From Octopus sinensis (lineage: Eukaryota): 64,000 nt of DNA. The stretch covers positions 61,194,001-61,258,000 of the forward strand of contig NC_042998.1 of assembly GCF_006345805.1 (NCBI RefSeq), given 5' to 3'. The notes beneath the pieces are model-generated. The model was not told the DNA's origin, did not search any database, and saw only the letters and a program-made list of their open reading frames with translations. Position 1 is the stretch's first letter. Every line of letters starts with the position of its first letter. The position numbers and the translations under genes are program-made. Below, piece by piece: positions 13,196 through 24,872 of this stretch.

Positions 13196-13660
13196 TTAAC
13201 ATTGCCATTTCATATCCGCTTTCCATGCTGAATTCTGACTTCGGGCTGGCAAGCCAGAAGGCTGCACCAGGCTCCAATCTGATTTGATATGTATGTTTAT
13301 ATATGTAAACATACATATACATGCATACATATAATATGCATATATATACATATACATATGTAAATATATCACAGTGAAAGTATTAACTCACATTACAATA
13401 GCGATTTTATTGTTTCACTTTTGACAAGTAATAACTAAACAGGGTAAGAGATAAGAGATTGCTCCAGAATCACATTAGGCAAGAAGTTGAAAATTTCTTC
13501 GACCCATGACAGTGCATGGACCGTAACTAAGGCATGTGTGAAATATGAATGACATCAGTTGGCTAGATCTCGGGTTTTAGTGTTGCATACATACAGACAG
13601 ATAGACACGCATTTACACCCACAGATACATGCAATCTAAGTTACATATATATATATATAT

Positions 13661-15544
13661 CATCATCATCATCATCATCATTTAGCGTCCGTTTTCCATG
13701 CTAGCATGGGTTGGACGGTTCAACTGGGGTCTGGGGAGCCCGAAGGCTGCACCAGGCCAGTCAGATCTGGCAGTGTTTCTACAGCTGGATGCCCTTCCTA
13801 ACGCCAACCACTCCGAGAGTGTAGTGGGTGATTTTATGTGCCACCGACACAGGTGCCAGACGAGGCTGGCGAACGGCCACGCTCGGATGGTGTTTTTATG
13901 TGCCACCGACACAGGTGCCAGACGAGGCTGGCAGACGGCCACGCTCGGATGGTGTTTTTATGTGCCACCGACACAGGTGCCAGATGAGGCTGGCAGGTGC
14001 CAGACGAGGCTGGCAGACGGCCACGCTCGGATGGTGTTTTTATGTGCCACCGACACAGGTGCCAGATGAGGCTGGCGGACGGCCACGATCGGATGGTGTT
14101 TGTTACGTCCCCAAAGCACGGAGGCCAGTCTATGCGGTACTGGCTACGGCCACGTTCGGATGATTTTCTTGTGTGCCACCGGCACTGGTACCACAAAGAT
14201 ACAAATTCCATTTATGCTCATCTATTTTGATTTGTTTTGATTTGATTTGATTTTCACTTGCCTCAACAGGTCTTCACAAGTGTCACTTGCCTCAACAGGT
14301 CTTCACAAGTGTCACAAGAAGGAAGGTATGCACAGGTGGACTGTCTACGTCGCCGGGTCTTCGGATGGTGTCTTTATGTGCCACCGACACAGGTGCCAGA
14401 TGTGGCTGGCGAACGGCCACGATCGGATGGTTTTCTTGTGTGCCACCGGTACTGGAACCACAAAGATACAAATTCCATTGATGTTCATCTATTTTGATTT
14501 GGTTTGATTTTTCACTTGCCTCAACAGGTCTTCACAAGTGTCACGCGTGTCACACACTTGCCTCAACAGGTCTCCACAAGTGTCACACACTTGCCTCTGC
14601 CTCAACAGGTCTTCACAAAGTGTCACACACTTGCCTCTGCCTCAACAGGTCTTCACAAGTGTCATAAGAGGGAAGGTATGCACAGGTGGACTGACTACGT
14701 CGCCGGGTCTTTGGATGGTGTTTTTATGTGCCACCGACACAGGTGCCAGGTGAGGCTGGCGAACGGCCACGATCAGATGGTGTTTGTTGTGCCCACAGCA
14801 CGGAGGCCAGTCGATGCGGTACCAGCTACGGCCACTTCGGATGGTTTTCTTGTGTGCCACCGGTACTGGAACCACAAAGATACAAATTCCATTGATATTC
14901 ATCTATTTTGATTTGGTTTGATTTTCACTTGCCTCAACAGGTCTTCACAAGTGTCACACACTTGCCTCAACAGGTCTTCACAAGTGTCATAAGAGGGAAG
15001 GTATGCACAGGTGGACTGACTACGTCGCCGGGTCTTCGGATGGTGTCTTTATGTGCCACCGGGACAGGTGCCAGATGAGGCTGGCGAACGGCCACGATCG
15101 GATGGTGTTTGTCATGTGCCCACAGCACGGAGGCCAGTCGATGCGGTACTGGTTACGGCCACGTTTGGGTGGTTTTCTTGTGTGCCACCGGCACTGGTAC
15201 CACAAAGAATACAATTCCACTGATGTTCATCTATTTTGATTTGTTTTGATTTGATTTGATTTTCACTTGCCTCAACAGGTCTTCATAAGTGTCACAAGAA
15301 GGAAGGTATGCACAGGACTGACTACGTCCCAGGTCGGGGCCACGGGTTATGGCCTGACTAGTCTTGCCGGGTCTTCTCATGCACAGCATACTTCCATAGG
15401 TCTCGGTCTCTAGACATTTCCTTAGTGAGACCTAAAGTTCGAAGGTCGTGCTTCACCACCTCGTCCCAGGTTTTCCTGGGTCTACCTCTTCCACAGGTTC
15501 CCTCCACTGCTAGGGTGTAGCACTTTTGCACACAACTATCTTCA
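13661..15544 (-). mobile_element. 5'-truncated RTE-clade LINE with internally amplified 3' UTR
   Basis: EDSCVQKCYTLAVEGTCGRGRPRKTWDEVVKHDLRTLGLTKEMSRDRDLWKYAVHEKTRQD at 15358-15544; (GAT)n tail at 13661; sits inside a (TA)n tract. Confidence 0.88.
13835..15310. repeat. Minisatellites inside the RTE 3' UTR (57-bp unit, ~25-bp unit, ~300-bp blocks)
   Basis: atgtgccaccgacacaggtgccagacgaggctggcgaacggccacgctcggatggtgtttt repeated; cttgcctcaacaggtcttcacaagtg repeated. Confidence 0.9.
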
Positions 15545-15545
15545 C

Positions 15546-15580
<35 letters not shown>

Positions 15581-16888
15581 CATATACTTAATCCAAACAT
15601 GAAAGTACAAAAAAACACAACAACGCGAGGATGTGGAACAAATATAGTATTATTGGAAGCTCAGGAAAGAAGGAAAGAAGTAGGGAGCTCTTCCTCGGAA
15701 ACATAGGAGAAGGAAAGATCCAGAGAAGAGAAAACAGAAGAAAAAAAATCGCCAATGGTACACAAGCAGTGACATTTTGAATATATATATATATATATGT
15801 GTAGACTATAATAAATATTTTAACCTGAGACATTCTTGAAAGATACTTCGGCGAGAGATGTTATCTCATATCAAACATCAGATTACCGTAAAAAAACTTA
15901 CAACTTCATATGATGATAAATCAAGAAGAACTTCTGGAGAACAATTTTAAATGGTGATGATGATGACAATCTTATTAGTGTCTGTGTTACAATAAAACAT
16001 ATGCAATATCCTTTATAAAATGGTTGGCGTTAAGAAGGGTATCTTGTTAAAGAAAATCCAGAATATTTTAGTGAGATGCGTGTGTACCTGAAGCAGTCAA
16101 AGTGGATGTTAACTCTGAATAAGAACTGACTTGGACATTGATGACCCAGCTAATTGATGGGAGCATGGAAGTAGATGATGAATAAGAATAACACTATGAT
16201 TTATTATTTTGCATCTTGCAGCCTGTATCTAATCTTGAAGACAGAAAACGTATTCTTACCTTAGTAGCAAATGAAAGTTTGATACTTTGATACTAAAATA
16301 TATTTAATGTATTTAACAATTTAAACGAAGTGAAAAAGGGCAGGCTGTTCACACTCGGGACACTTTTTATCATAAGTCTGCTAGATTATGACAGATATCT
16401 GGCTAAAGAATAACAACACTAATAACCTATCAGTAAACCTAGTAAAGATGTAAAACAAACAAAAATAATGTCATTAACTCACCTGCAAAACAAAGGAGAA
16501 ATATTCTCATTAACTCACCTGTTTATACCAACATAATAATATATTTCCCTGTTTTGGTCCAATATTAACTCTAGATACACATTTGTACATGCTTATAGAC
16601 ATACACACACAATCACACACATACACACACACACTTTTTTATACCTGTAATTATTGGGGCACTGGAATATGTAACACACAGCATAAATACCAATCTTGAG
16701 AAATTGGACTTCTCCAAACCAGAAAGGAGAAAACTTATTCAAAAACTACAGATCCACTGGAACTGTAAAAATCTCTAAAACTTTCCAGAGGTTTATCATT
16801 TAAATTTATATGAGCATGTCTAGATATGTGACTAATATATATGAGAATGCATACATAAAACAAAACAAACAAATCTGCATGTATACAT

Positions 16889-16940
<52 letters not shown>

Positions 16941-17531
16941 GTATGCTGGTGCAAACAGGAAAAATAGATCTCAAAGTATGAGTATTTGCATATTTTACAC
17001 CTGCCCAGACACACATGTACATACACACACAAACACACACACATAGAGTAGAGTTGGTATTTATGATGGTGTCTTTCGTTTAATATCCGTTTTCCATTCT
17101 GGCATTGAATGGACGGTCTAACAGAGGACTGGCAAGCCAGAAGGCTGCACCAGGCTCTAATCGGATCTGATATATATGCATATACATGTAAACATACATA
17201 TACATGCATACATATATGTGCACATATATATACAGACATATACATACATAAATATATCACAGTGAAAGTATTAACTCACATTACAATAGCGATTTTATTG
17301 TTTCACGTTTGACAAGTATTACTGAAATAGTGTAAGAGATAAGAGATTGCTCCAGGATCACATTAGGCAAGAAGATGAAAATTGTTTTGGCCCATGACAC
17401 TGCATGAACCTAAAGTAAGGCCTGTGTGAAATTTGAATGAAATCCTTTGGGTAGTTCTAAAATTTTAGAGATGCACACATACAGACAGACTCACATTTAC
17501 ATGCACACATACATGCATTCTCAGTTATATA

Positions 17532-18866
17532 TCTCTATATGTATAAAACTGAGAATGTGTGTCTGTCCGTGTGTTTCCCTAAAACTTGAGAACTACACAA
17601 CCAATTTCATTCAAATTTTACACATGCCTTACTTAGTGTCCATGTAGTGTCATGGGCAAAAAAAAATAAACGTTCAACTTCTTGCCTAGGGCGAGCCCAT
17701 AGCAATATCATATCTTCTCCACTATTTCAGTATTACGTGTTAAAAGTGAAACAAATACATTTCTCTATTTTATGTCAGATACTTTCACCGTAACAATAAA
17801 AATTAGAGATAATAATAACAATTGAATTATATGTAGTAAGTAATAATTAAAATCAAACTAAAGTATAATATAATTGTAACATAACAAAAGTAAAAACAGC
17901 AATTGGTATAAAATTGCATCAATGACTTGAACTTGAATTAGTGGTTTCACATGAATGGGAATAAATTAAATTAAATCAACTGTGTACTGCTTTTGATTCA
18001 CAGTAAGGTTTGTTGTTTTTATTATAACTGTTTAACTATTGTTATCACGTTTGTTGGTTCCTCGTAAGGGAAACGTTGTTGTGTTGCATTTGTTAAATAA
18101 TTGTAAACTGTAACCCTCCCCTTTTGGGAGAAGGAGCTTTGTTTATTGTTTAAAAATTGAATTGTGTCCCTGGTTGGGGAAATTGACAATATTTTCACCA
18201 TTTATATGGAAGCATTTTTGTTAGAATGCCTTCGATAGAAGAAAGTCCAAAAATGAATTTCGCTGCAACCATCGGTGGGCGCGAACTCATTAAAATTAAA
18301 ATGGAAGAAATACAAACCTATTTCAGATTGATCACCGATAAAGAGGGTGAATCTAGGATAACACCACCAAACGAAATAAAAAATTAAATTAAAGAAAAGA
18401 CTATTGTCTATAAAGTATACAATGTAGAGAAAAAAAAAAGATTTGAACACCTGGAGGAAAGCACCTTCGAAAAGTGTCTTCGTGCGACTATGAAAGATAT
18501 CTAACTAGAAGCAGTAAATTCGCCACAATAGAAGCAAGGTTCGAGTCAACGGAGCGTGCAAGGGAGTACTTGCAAAGTGGAAATATACGTTCAGGATAAA
18601 AAATTAAAAATGGATTGTAGCCACACTTCTATACAAAAAGGAGGACAAGATACAATTGATCGAAATTGCAAGAGATGGGCCTACAATTCAAGTCTGTTAT
18701 ATATTTTGAGTATTGTTATCACTAGCGATACCAAGATATAACTTTGTATTTTGTATTTTATGTGTAGATGTATATATATAGATGTACATGTAATATGTAC
18801 ACATATATATACACATATATACATGCACTAGCACTATGATCCAGCAAGGACGGGTCATAATGCTAG
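17532..18866 (+). mobile_element. Non-autonomous Helitron (family A), copy 2
   Basis: A|TC start, CTAG|T end, degenerate hairpin; same insertion position in the monomer as copy 1; has an extra ~390-bp internal segment. Confidence 0.82.
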
Positions 18867-18893
18867 TATATATATATATGTATATATATAGAC

Positions 18894-19517
18894 TGTAGCG
18901 ATATTGTTACACTCATTGCTATCTTCACTGTTTGAGAAGAGTATTAAGAATAATCTCGTTTGAGATTACAAACATCTTCGGCTAGTTTAACATTGTTGTA
19001 AACACTAATTCGATTGGCTGACACGTGGTCTCTACTACGTTTGCACCGCTGGTTGTCACGTGACGCGATTTGCCTCCGCTTATTTTCGCGCCATTGTTCC
19101 AAGCAGCCAATCACAGCTTTCCATTTCTGAAGTTCATTTTGAGCCCAATAAACCTTATATAAAGAAGGGTTCTCAGACAAATATTCGTCTTAGGTTTCTA
19201 GTCCTTCTCAGGGCGAACCTCTGACCACACAAAGTTCATCTTTGGTTTTAGTCCTTCTCAGGGCGAACCTCTGACCACAGAGTTCGTCTTTGGTTCTAGT
19301 CCTTCTCAGGACTAACCTCTGACCACAGAGCTCGTCTTAGGTTACAGTCCTTTTCAGGGCGGACCTCTGACCACACAGCATAGCAACTATGTTCCGGTTC
19401 GAAAGGCAGGCAATTGCCAAGCATAACTATCCACGAAGATTTAGCTTGTATACAAGATGTTACAGATTCCTCTGATACTGTTAGTGTGAAAATATCACCA
19501 CGGGAAAAACGGCTACA
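18894..19517 (+). mobile_element. LTR-like segment
   Basis: Ends TGTAGC...GCTACA; contains CCAAT boxes, two CACGTG, a TATATAAA box and four 48-50 bp repeats (19185-19378); no clear TSD or PBS/PPT. Confidence 0.4.
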
Positions 19518-20987
19518 GTTAATATATCTGGAAGTATATTCATATAAAGAGAAAGATAAAACACAACAAGTGATTCAATTAATCTCAACTACGAGATGCA
19601 ACATCTTGATATGGAACTCTTACCCTCCGTGTACCTCATAAATGGTAAATCAATTATCTGTCTTGAGTTCTAGTTCTTCTAAGAACTACCTTAAGCCATC
19701 TGCTACTACCTGTTGCTAGGCTGATACCAACAACATGAACTGTGAACCAAATTCCATTGTTATTTCTCTGGTCAGTACCTTTTATGCCTCACGAACACAC
19801 AGACACAAAAACATGCTAACACTTACAAACTTCCATGATTATAAAATATGTAAAATAAATAATGTATATATCTCAAAAAGAAATCTTGTTGTCATTCCAC
19901 TTGTGTTCTATTGCCGCTGTATGTATTATGTGGTCTGTAAAATATTTCATTAAGAATGGGATCGCATGCGATTGTATTCCCTATACGATACGACCACATG
20001 TGATTCTATTTTTATAAGACTATCATACATATTCTCACCTGAGACATTCTGGGAAGATACATCGGCAGGAGATGATATCTCATATCAAACATCAGACTAC
20101 TGTAAAAATATGACATCTTCTTAAAATGATAAATCAAGAAGAACTTCTGGAGAATGATTTTGTAAACAAATGAAATTATCTTTAACAATATTTACCACTT
20201 TAAAACATTTGCAGTTGAGATTTGTTATTGAATCTCCTACATTAGAAAGCTGAAAATGGTGTTCTTATAAGTAATTTTGACTTTAATTATCAGTTTCCCA
20301 AAATGTTAATACATCATTAATCATTTCTGTTGGCTCACAACTAACAGTCACTCAATCTTGTCATTCTCCACCTTGCTTTCAAATCACCATTCTTATCCTC
20401 ATTTTCTCACAACTTTCACTCCCTGCATCCTCATTATTCTTCTGTCATCACTCCCAATGTGTCCCCTTGAATGAAAAAACAACATCATAAGAGCAGTAAG
20501 AACTGTCTAATTTTATGGGACACAAGAAAAACTGACCAATGCTAGTGCTCAAGGGAAAACTTATAGAAATCAATTTGGTACTTCATGCTGAATGATAATG
20601 ACACTATCATTTATTATTTTGTATTTATTATTTTGCATCTTGCAGCCTGTATCTAATCTTGAAGACAGAAAGAGAATGCTTACCTTAGGAGCAAACCAAA
20701 GTTTGATACTTTGATATTAAGATATGTTTAATGTATTTACAGATTCACAATAAGTGAAAAAAGACAGGGTGGTCACACTTGGGACAGTTTTTATCACAAG
20801 TCTGCCAGATTACGAAAGATATCTGGCTACAGAACAACAACAATAATAACCTATCAGTAAACCGAGTAAAGATTTAAAAGAAACAAAAAATATTGTCATT
20901 AACTCACCTGTAAAACGAAGCAGAAATATTGCTATTAACTTACCTATTTACGCCAACGTAATAACATATTTCCCTTTTTAGTTCAAT

Positions 20988-21103
20988 AGCTGTAGAAACA
21001 CTGCCAGATCAGACTGGAGCCTGGAGCAGCCTCTGGCTCCCCAGACCCCGGTCGAACCGTCCAACCCGTGCTAGCGCGGAAAACGGACGTTAAACGATGA
21101 TGA
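20988..21103 (+). mobile_element. Short RTE-related SINE 3' end insertion
   Basis: gctgtagaaacactgccagatcagactggagcc...ggacgttaaacgatgatga; absent from the homologous blocks at 3270-3530 and 16340-16580. Confidence 0.75.
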
Positions 21104-22527
21104 TTAACTCCATTGTATTCTAAGTTATCCATATTACCAACTGTACTAACCTTTGTAGATACTTTATGAGATTTCAGTAATATTGGTTTTGAATTTTGGC
21201 ACAAAACCAGCAATTTCAGGCCACTGGGTAAGTTGTTTTCATCCACCTCATAGAAATATATGCTCATAGAGATACACATTTGTACCTGCTTATAGACAAA
21301 CACACACACACACACACACACACATACATACACACATGTTTATACCTGTAACTATTGGGGTACTGGGATATGTAACACACTGCATAAATATCAATCTTGA
21401 GAAATTGGGCTTCTCAAAACCAGAAAGGAGAAAACTGATTCAAAATCTATAGATCTTCTGTGACTGTTTAAATCTGTAAAACTTTCCAGAAGTTTATTGT
21501 TTAAATTTATATGAGCATGTCTAGATATGTGACTAATATGTTTGAGATTACATACATAAAACAACACATACAAATCTGCATGTATACATACATACATACA
21601 TAGATACAAACATTCACACACACACACTCAAACAAACACACACACACACACACAACATACACACACACACACGCACACATATATATATAGGTACGTTGGT
21701 GCAAACAGGAAAGATAGAACTCAAAGTATGAGTACATGTATATTTTATCCTCACCCCCCCCCCCACATACGCACATGCACACATACACGCACACACACAT
21801 TCATGCACGCACATTAGAGTTGGTATTTATGATGGTGTCTGTCGTCTAATATCTGCTTTCCATGCTAGCATGGATTGCATGGTCTGACTGATGTCTGGCA
21901 AGTCAGAAGGCTGCAACAGGCTACAATCTGATCTGATATGTATGCATATATATGTAAACATACATATACATATACATATATATGCATATATATACATATA
22001 CATACATAAATGTATCACAGTGAATGTATTAACTCACATTACAATAGCAATTTTCTTGTTTCACTTTTGACAAGTAATACTGAAATAGTGTAAGAGATAA
22101 GAGATTGCTCCAGGATCACATTAGGCAAGAAGTTGAAAATTTGTTTGAATAATGATACAGCATGGACCCTAAGTAAGGCAGGTGTGAAATTTGAATGAAA
22201 TCAGAAGGGGTGTTCTCGAGTTTTAGTGATGCACACATAGAGACAGACAGACACACACACATTTACATGCACCCATACATGCATCGTCAGTTGTATATAT
22301 ATATAGACTATAATACATATTCTAGCCTGAGACATCCTGGGAAGATACCAGTGGCGTGCGGTGACGTCCGGGGCTGGGCATGCAATGAATTTCTCCCTCC
22401 CCCCCCCCCCGGGCAATTTTTCAGTAAAAAAAATTTTCGAATTCCGACGATTTACATATGGGAGATTCTGAATATGCAATCAATCCCGTATGACCTAGAA
22501 TAAAAAAAAAAAAACGTCGCCCTGGTA

Positions 22528-22758
22528 CTATTTAAGAAGAGTTGGGCGCGCTCGCGCATCCGCGCTGGCTAGTCGATCCTACGACTATCTAGCAAAGTAA
22601 ATAAATTTTTTAAACAAAATATATAAAACACAAAGTAAATAATGTTTTAAACAAAGTAAATAAAACACAAAGTAAGGATCGACTAGTCATGACTAGCTGG
22701 CGTGGATGCTCGGGTGCACGCACCGGGACCGCGCACCGGGACCACCCTTCTTAAATAG
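22528..22758. mobile_element. MITE nested in the hAT element
   Basis: TIR CTATTTAAGAAG / CTTCTTAAATAG flanked by TA on both sides; imperfect subterminal inverted repeats (gctagtcgatcc / ggatcgactag). Confidence 0.7.
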
Positions 22759-22974
22759 TACACATGATTTTTAAATTGTTTGCAATACTCATCAAATTTG
22801 TTGAAATTCGAAAGTTCCATGAATTTAAACTCTTCTAAGGATGAATATCGTGCTTTTATTTGGTCAACTATTGTACTGATAATTTTGTTATAAAGCATTT
22901 TATAATGTCGTTGGGGCTCAATAGATATATTCTTGGATCTCTGAATTCCGATTCCTGCATCGACTCCATATTTT

Positions 22975-23300
22975 TCCCCCGGGTTCAGTTCCACTGCGTG
23001 GCACCCTGGGCAAGGGTCTTCTACTATAGTCTCGGGCCGACCAAAGCCTTGTGAGTGGATTTGGTAGACGGAAACTGAAAGAAGCCCGTGGTATATATGT
23101 ATATATATGCGTGTGTGTGTTTGTGCGTCTGTGTTTGTCCCCATAGCATTGCTTGGCAACCGATGCTGGTGTGTTTATGTCCCCGTTACTTAGCGGTTCG
23201 GCAAAATAGACCGATAGAATAAGTCCCGGGGTCGAGTTGCTCGATTAAAGGTGGTGCTCGAGCATGGCCGCAGTCATATGACTGAAACAAGTAAAAGAGA
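22975..23300 (+). mobile_element. 5'-truncated tRNA-derived SINE nested in the hAT element
   Basis: gggttcagttccactgcgtggcacc...gtagacggaaactgaaagaagccc...gcatggccgcagtc; same family as 40947-41374. Confidence 0.8.
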
Positions 23301-24743
23301 TTGAAAAATTATCAAGTTTGTTTTCGAGTACAGTTCTAGTTTTATCTATTTGATCTTTACAATACACTATGTCATGACTTTTACTCTGGAGGATGTTAAA
23401 TATGAAAAAAGGCTGATTATGAAATGATAATTTTTCTTTGTGGTAATAATAAGCCATGAGGCTGTTGCCTTCGGAAATCTTTTTTTTAACAATGTTATCT
23501 AATGCATTAGCACTTTTCGGTGTTGGTCTCCCACCGATATAATTAATTATTTTCCTTCGAATTCTCCTTTCGAAAAACTATTTCTCAAAATATCGTTTAT
23601 AACACACATTTCGTAAAAGGCTGTTCTTATATATACACGTAAATTGTAAGTCAATTTCAACAAAACAGAAAGATACAGAAAGTGGGTATCATGTGGTCAG
23701 CTCATAGCATGATATGCCACTGAGAGAAAGAGGAAGGTGGTACAAAATATTATGAATGACCTTTCCTCCTAGCATCTGTTTTATCAATTCACTAAGAGAG
23801 AGGGAGGAAGGAGGGACAAACTAAGAGACAGAGAGGGAGGTCATGCCGGTTGTCCCACAGCATAGCCACTAAGAGAAAGAGGAAGGGGGTAAAAATATTT
23901 CAAATGCCCTATCCCCTTAGCATGTCTTTTAAACAAGTCACTAAGAGTGAGAGAGAGAGAGAGAGAGAGGGAGGAAGGACAAACTGAGACAGAGAGGGAG
24001 TGTCTGACATGCTGGTCTTGTCAATGCATGACCTCTAAAAGCAGAAGTAGAGTCACTGAGAGAGAAGGGGAGAAAAATACAACTGGACGGATTTTCTTTG
24101 AAACAAAGTAACTATTTTATCTAATTTTCCGATCATATGGATAAAAAAATCACAGGGCATGCAATGCATACCTTGCATACCTGAGAGTGCACGCCCCTGG
24201 AAGATACTCCAGCGAGAGATGATATCTCATATCAAACATCAGTCAACTGAAAAATCTGACATCTTCATGTGATGATAAATCAAAAAGAACATCTGGAGAA
24301 CAATTTTTAAACAAATGAAATTATATTGAACAATATTTACCACTTAAATACATGTGCAGTTGAGATTTGTTATTGAATCTCCTACATTAGAAAGCTGAAA
24401 ATGAGGTTCTTATAAGTAATTTTGACTTTAATTATCAGTTTCCCAAAATGTTAATACATCATTAATCATTTCTGTTGGCTCACAACTAACAGTCACTCAG
24501 TCTTGTCATTCTCCACCTCTCTTTCAAATCACCATTCTTAACCTCGTTTTCTCACAACTTTCACTCCCTTCTTTCTCATTATTCTTCTGTCATCAGTTCT
24601 CAACATGTCCCCTTGAATGATGAAACACATCATAAGAGCAGTAAGACCTGTCTAATTTTATTGGATACAAGAAAAACTGACAAATACTAGTGCTCAAAGG
24701 AAAACTTAAAGAAATCAGCTTGGTACTTCAGTTTTATTCTCAC

Positions 24744-24872
24744 CATCATAAACTTCAGAGTGTTGAACAGAATGCTCAAGATCCTCATATTTCTCACAAT
24801 TATCATCATCTTCATCGTCGACTGATACCCGCTCTCCATGCATAGGTCTGAGTGAGGGCTGCCATTGATGTC
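24744..24872 (-). CDS. Acidic cassette exon, 129 nt, phase 1-1
   Basis: ttacttactag|...|GTGAGA; GHQWQPSLRPMHGERVSVDDEDDDNCEKYEDLEHSVQHSEVYD. Confidence 0.75.

Larger units (their letters stand above)
22349..24199 (-). mobile_element. Defective hAT DNA transposon (ZMYM1-like transposase remnants)
   Basis: TIRs CAGTGGCGTGC / GCACGCCCCTG (1 mismatch), 8-bp TSD GAAGATAC on both sides; minus-strand remnants GRPTPKSANALDNIVKK and RHYKMLYNKIISTIVDQIKARYSSLEEFKFMEL. Confidence 0.88.

Noticed and set aside
16260-16292. 33-nt AG/GTAAG-bounded segment (YQSIKLSFATK)
   Set aside because: Stop in phase 1, so incompatible with the gene; the paralog near 20684 lacks the acceptor
16477-16520. Apparent recursive splice site (TTTTGCAG|GTGAGT 36 nt after a donor; also 20902-20944)
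   Set aside because: Better explained by a short local duplication of the donor region; absent in the 3399 copy
19185-19378. Regular short repeats (also 13835-14160) as CRISPR-like arrays
   Set aside because: No unique spacers, eukaryotic context, no cas genes; they are head-to-tail minisatellites
19719-19731. TGGTATCAG (tRNA-Met PBS-like) on the minus strand
   Set aside because: Not adjacent to an LTR end; no PPT, gag or pol found
20039-20099. Repeated MFDMRYHL...PRMSQ / ISSPADVSSQNVS segment as an exon
   Set aside because: The donor is GT in only some copies (others GC, AT or CT), the length is not phase-symmetric, and hAT inserted into one copy
7572-22018. MYVYIYIC- and CVCVCV-type ORFs
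   Set aside because: Translations of (TA)n/(CA)n microsatellites
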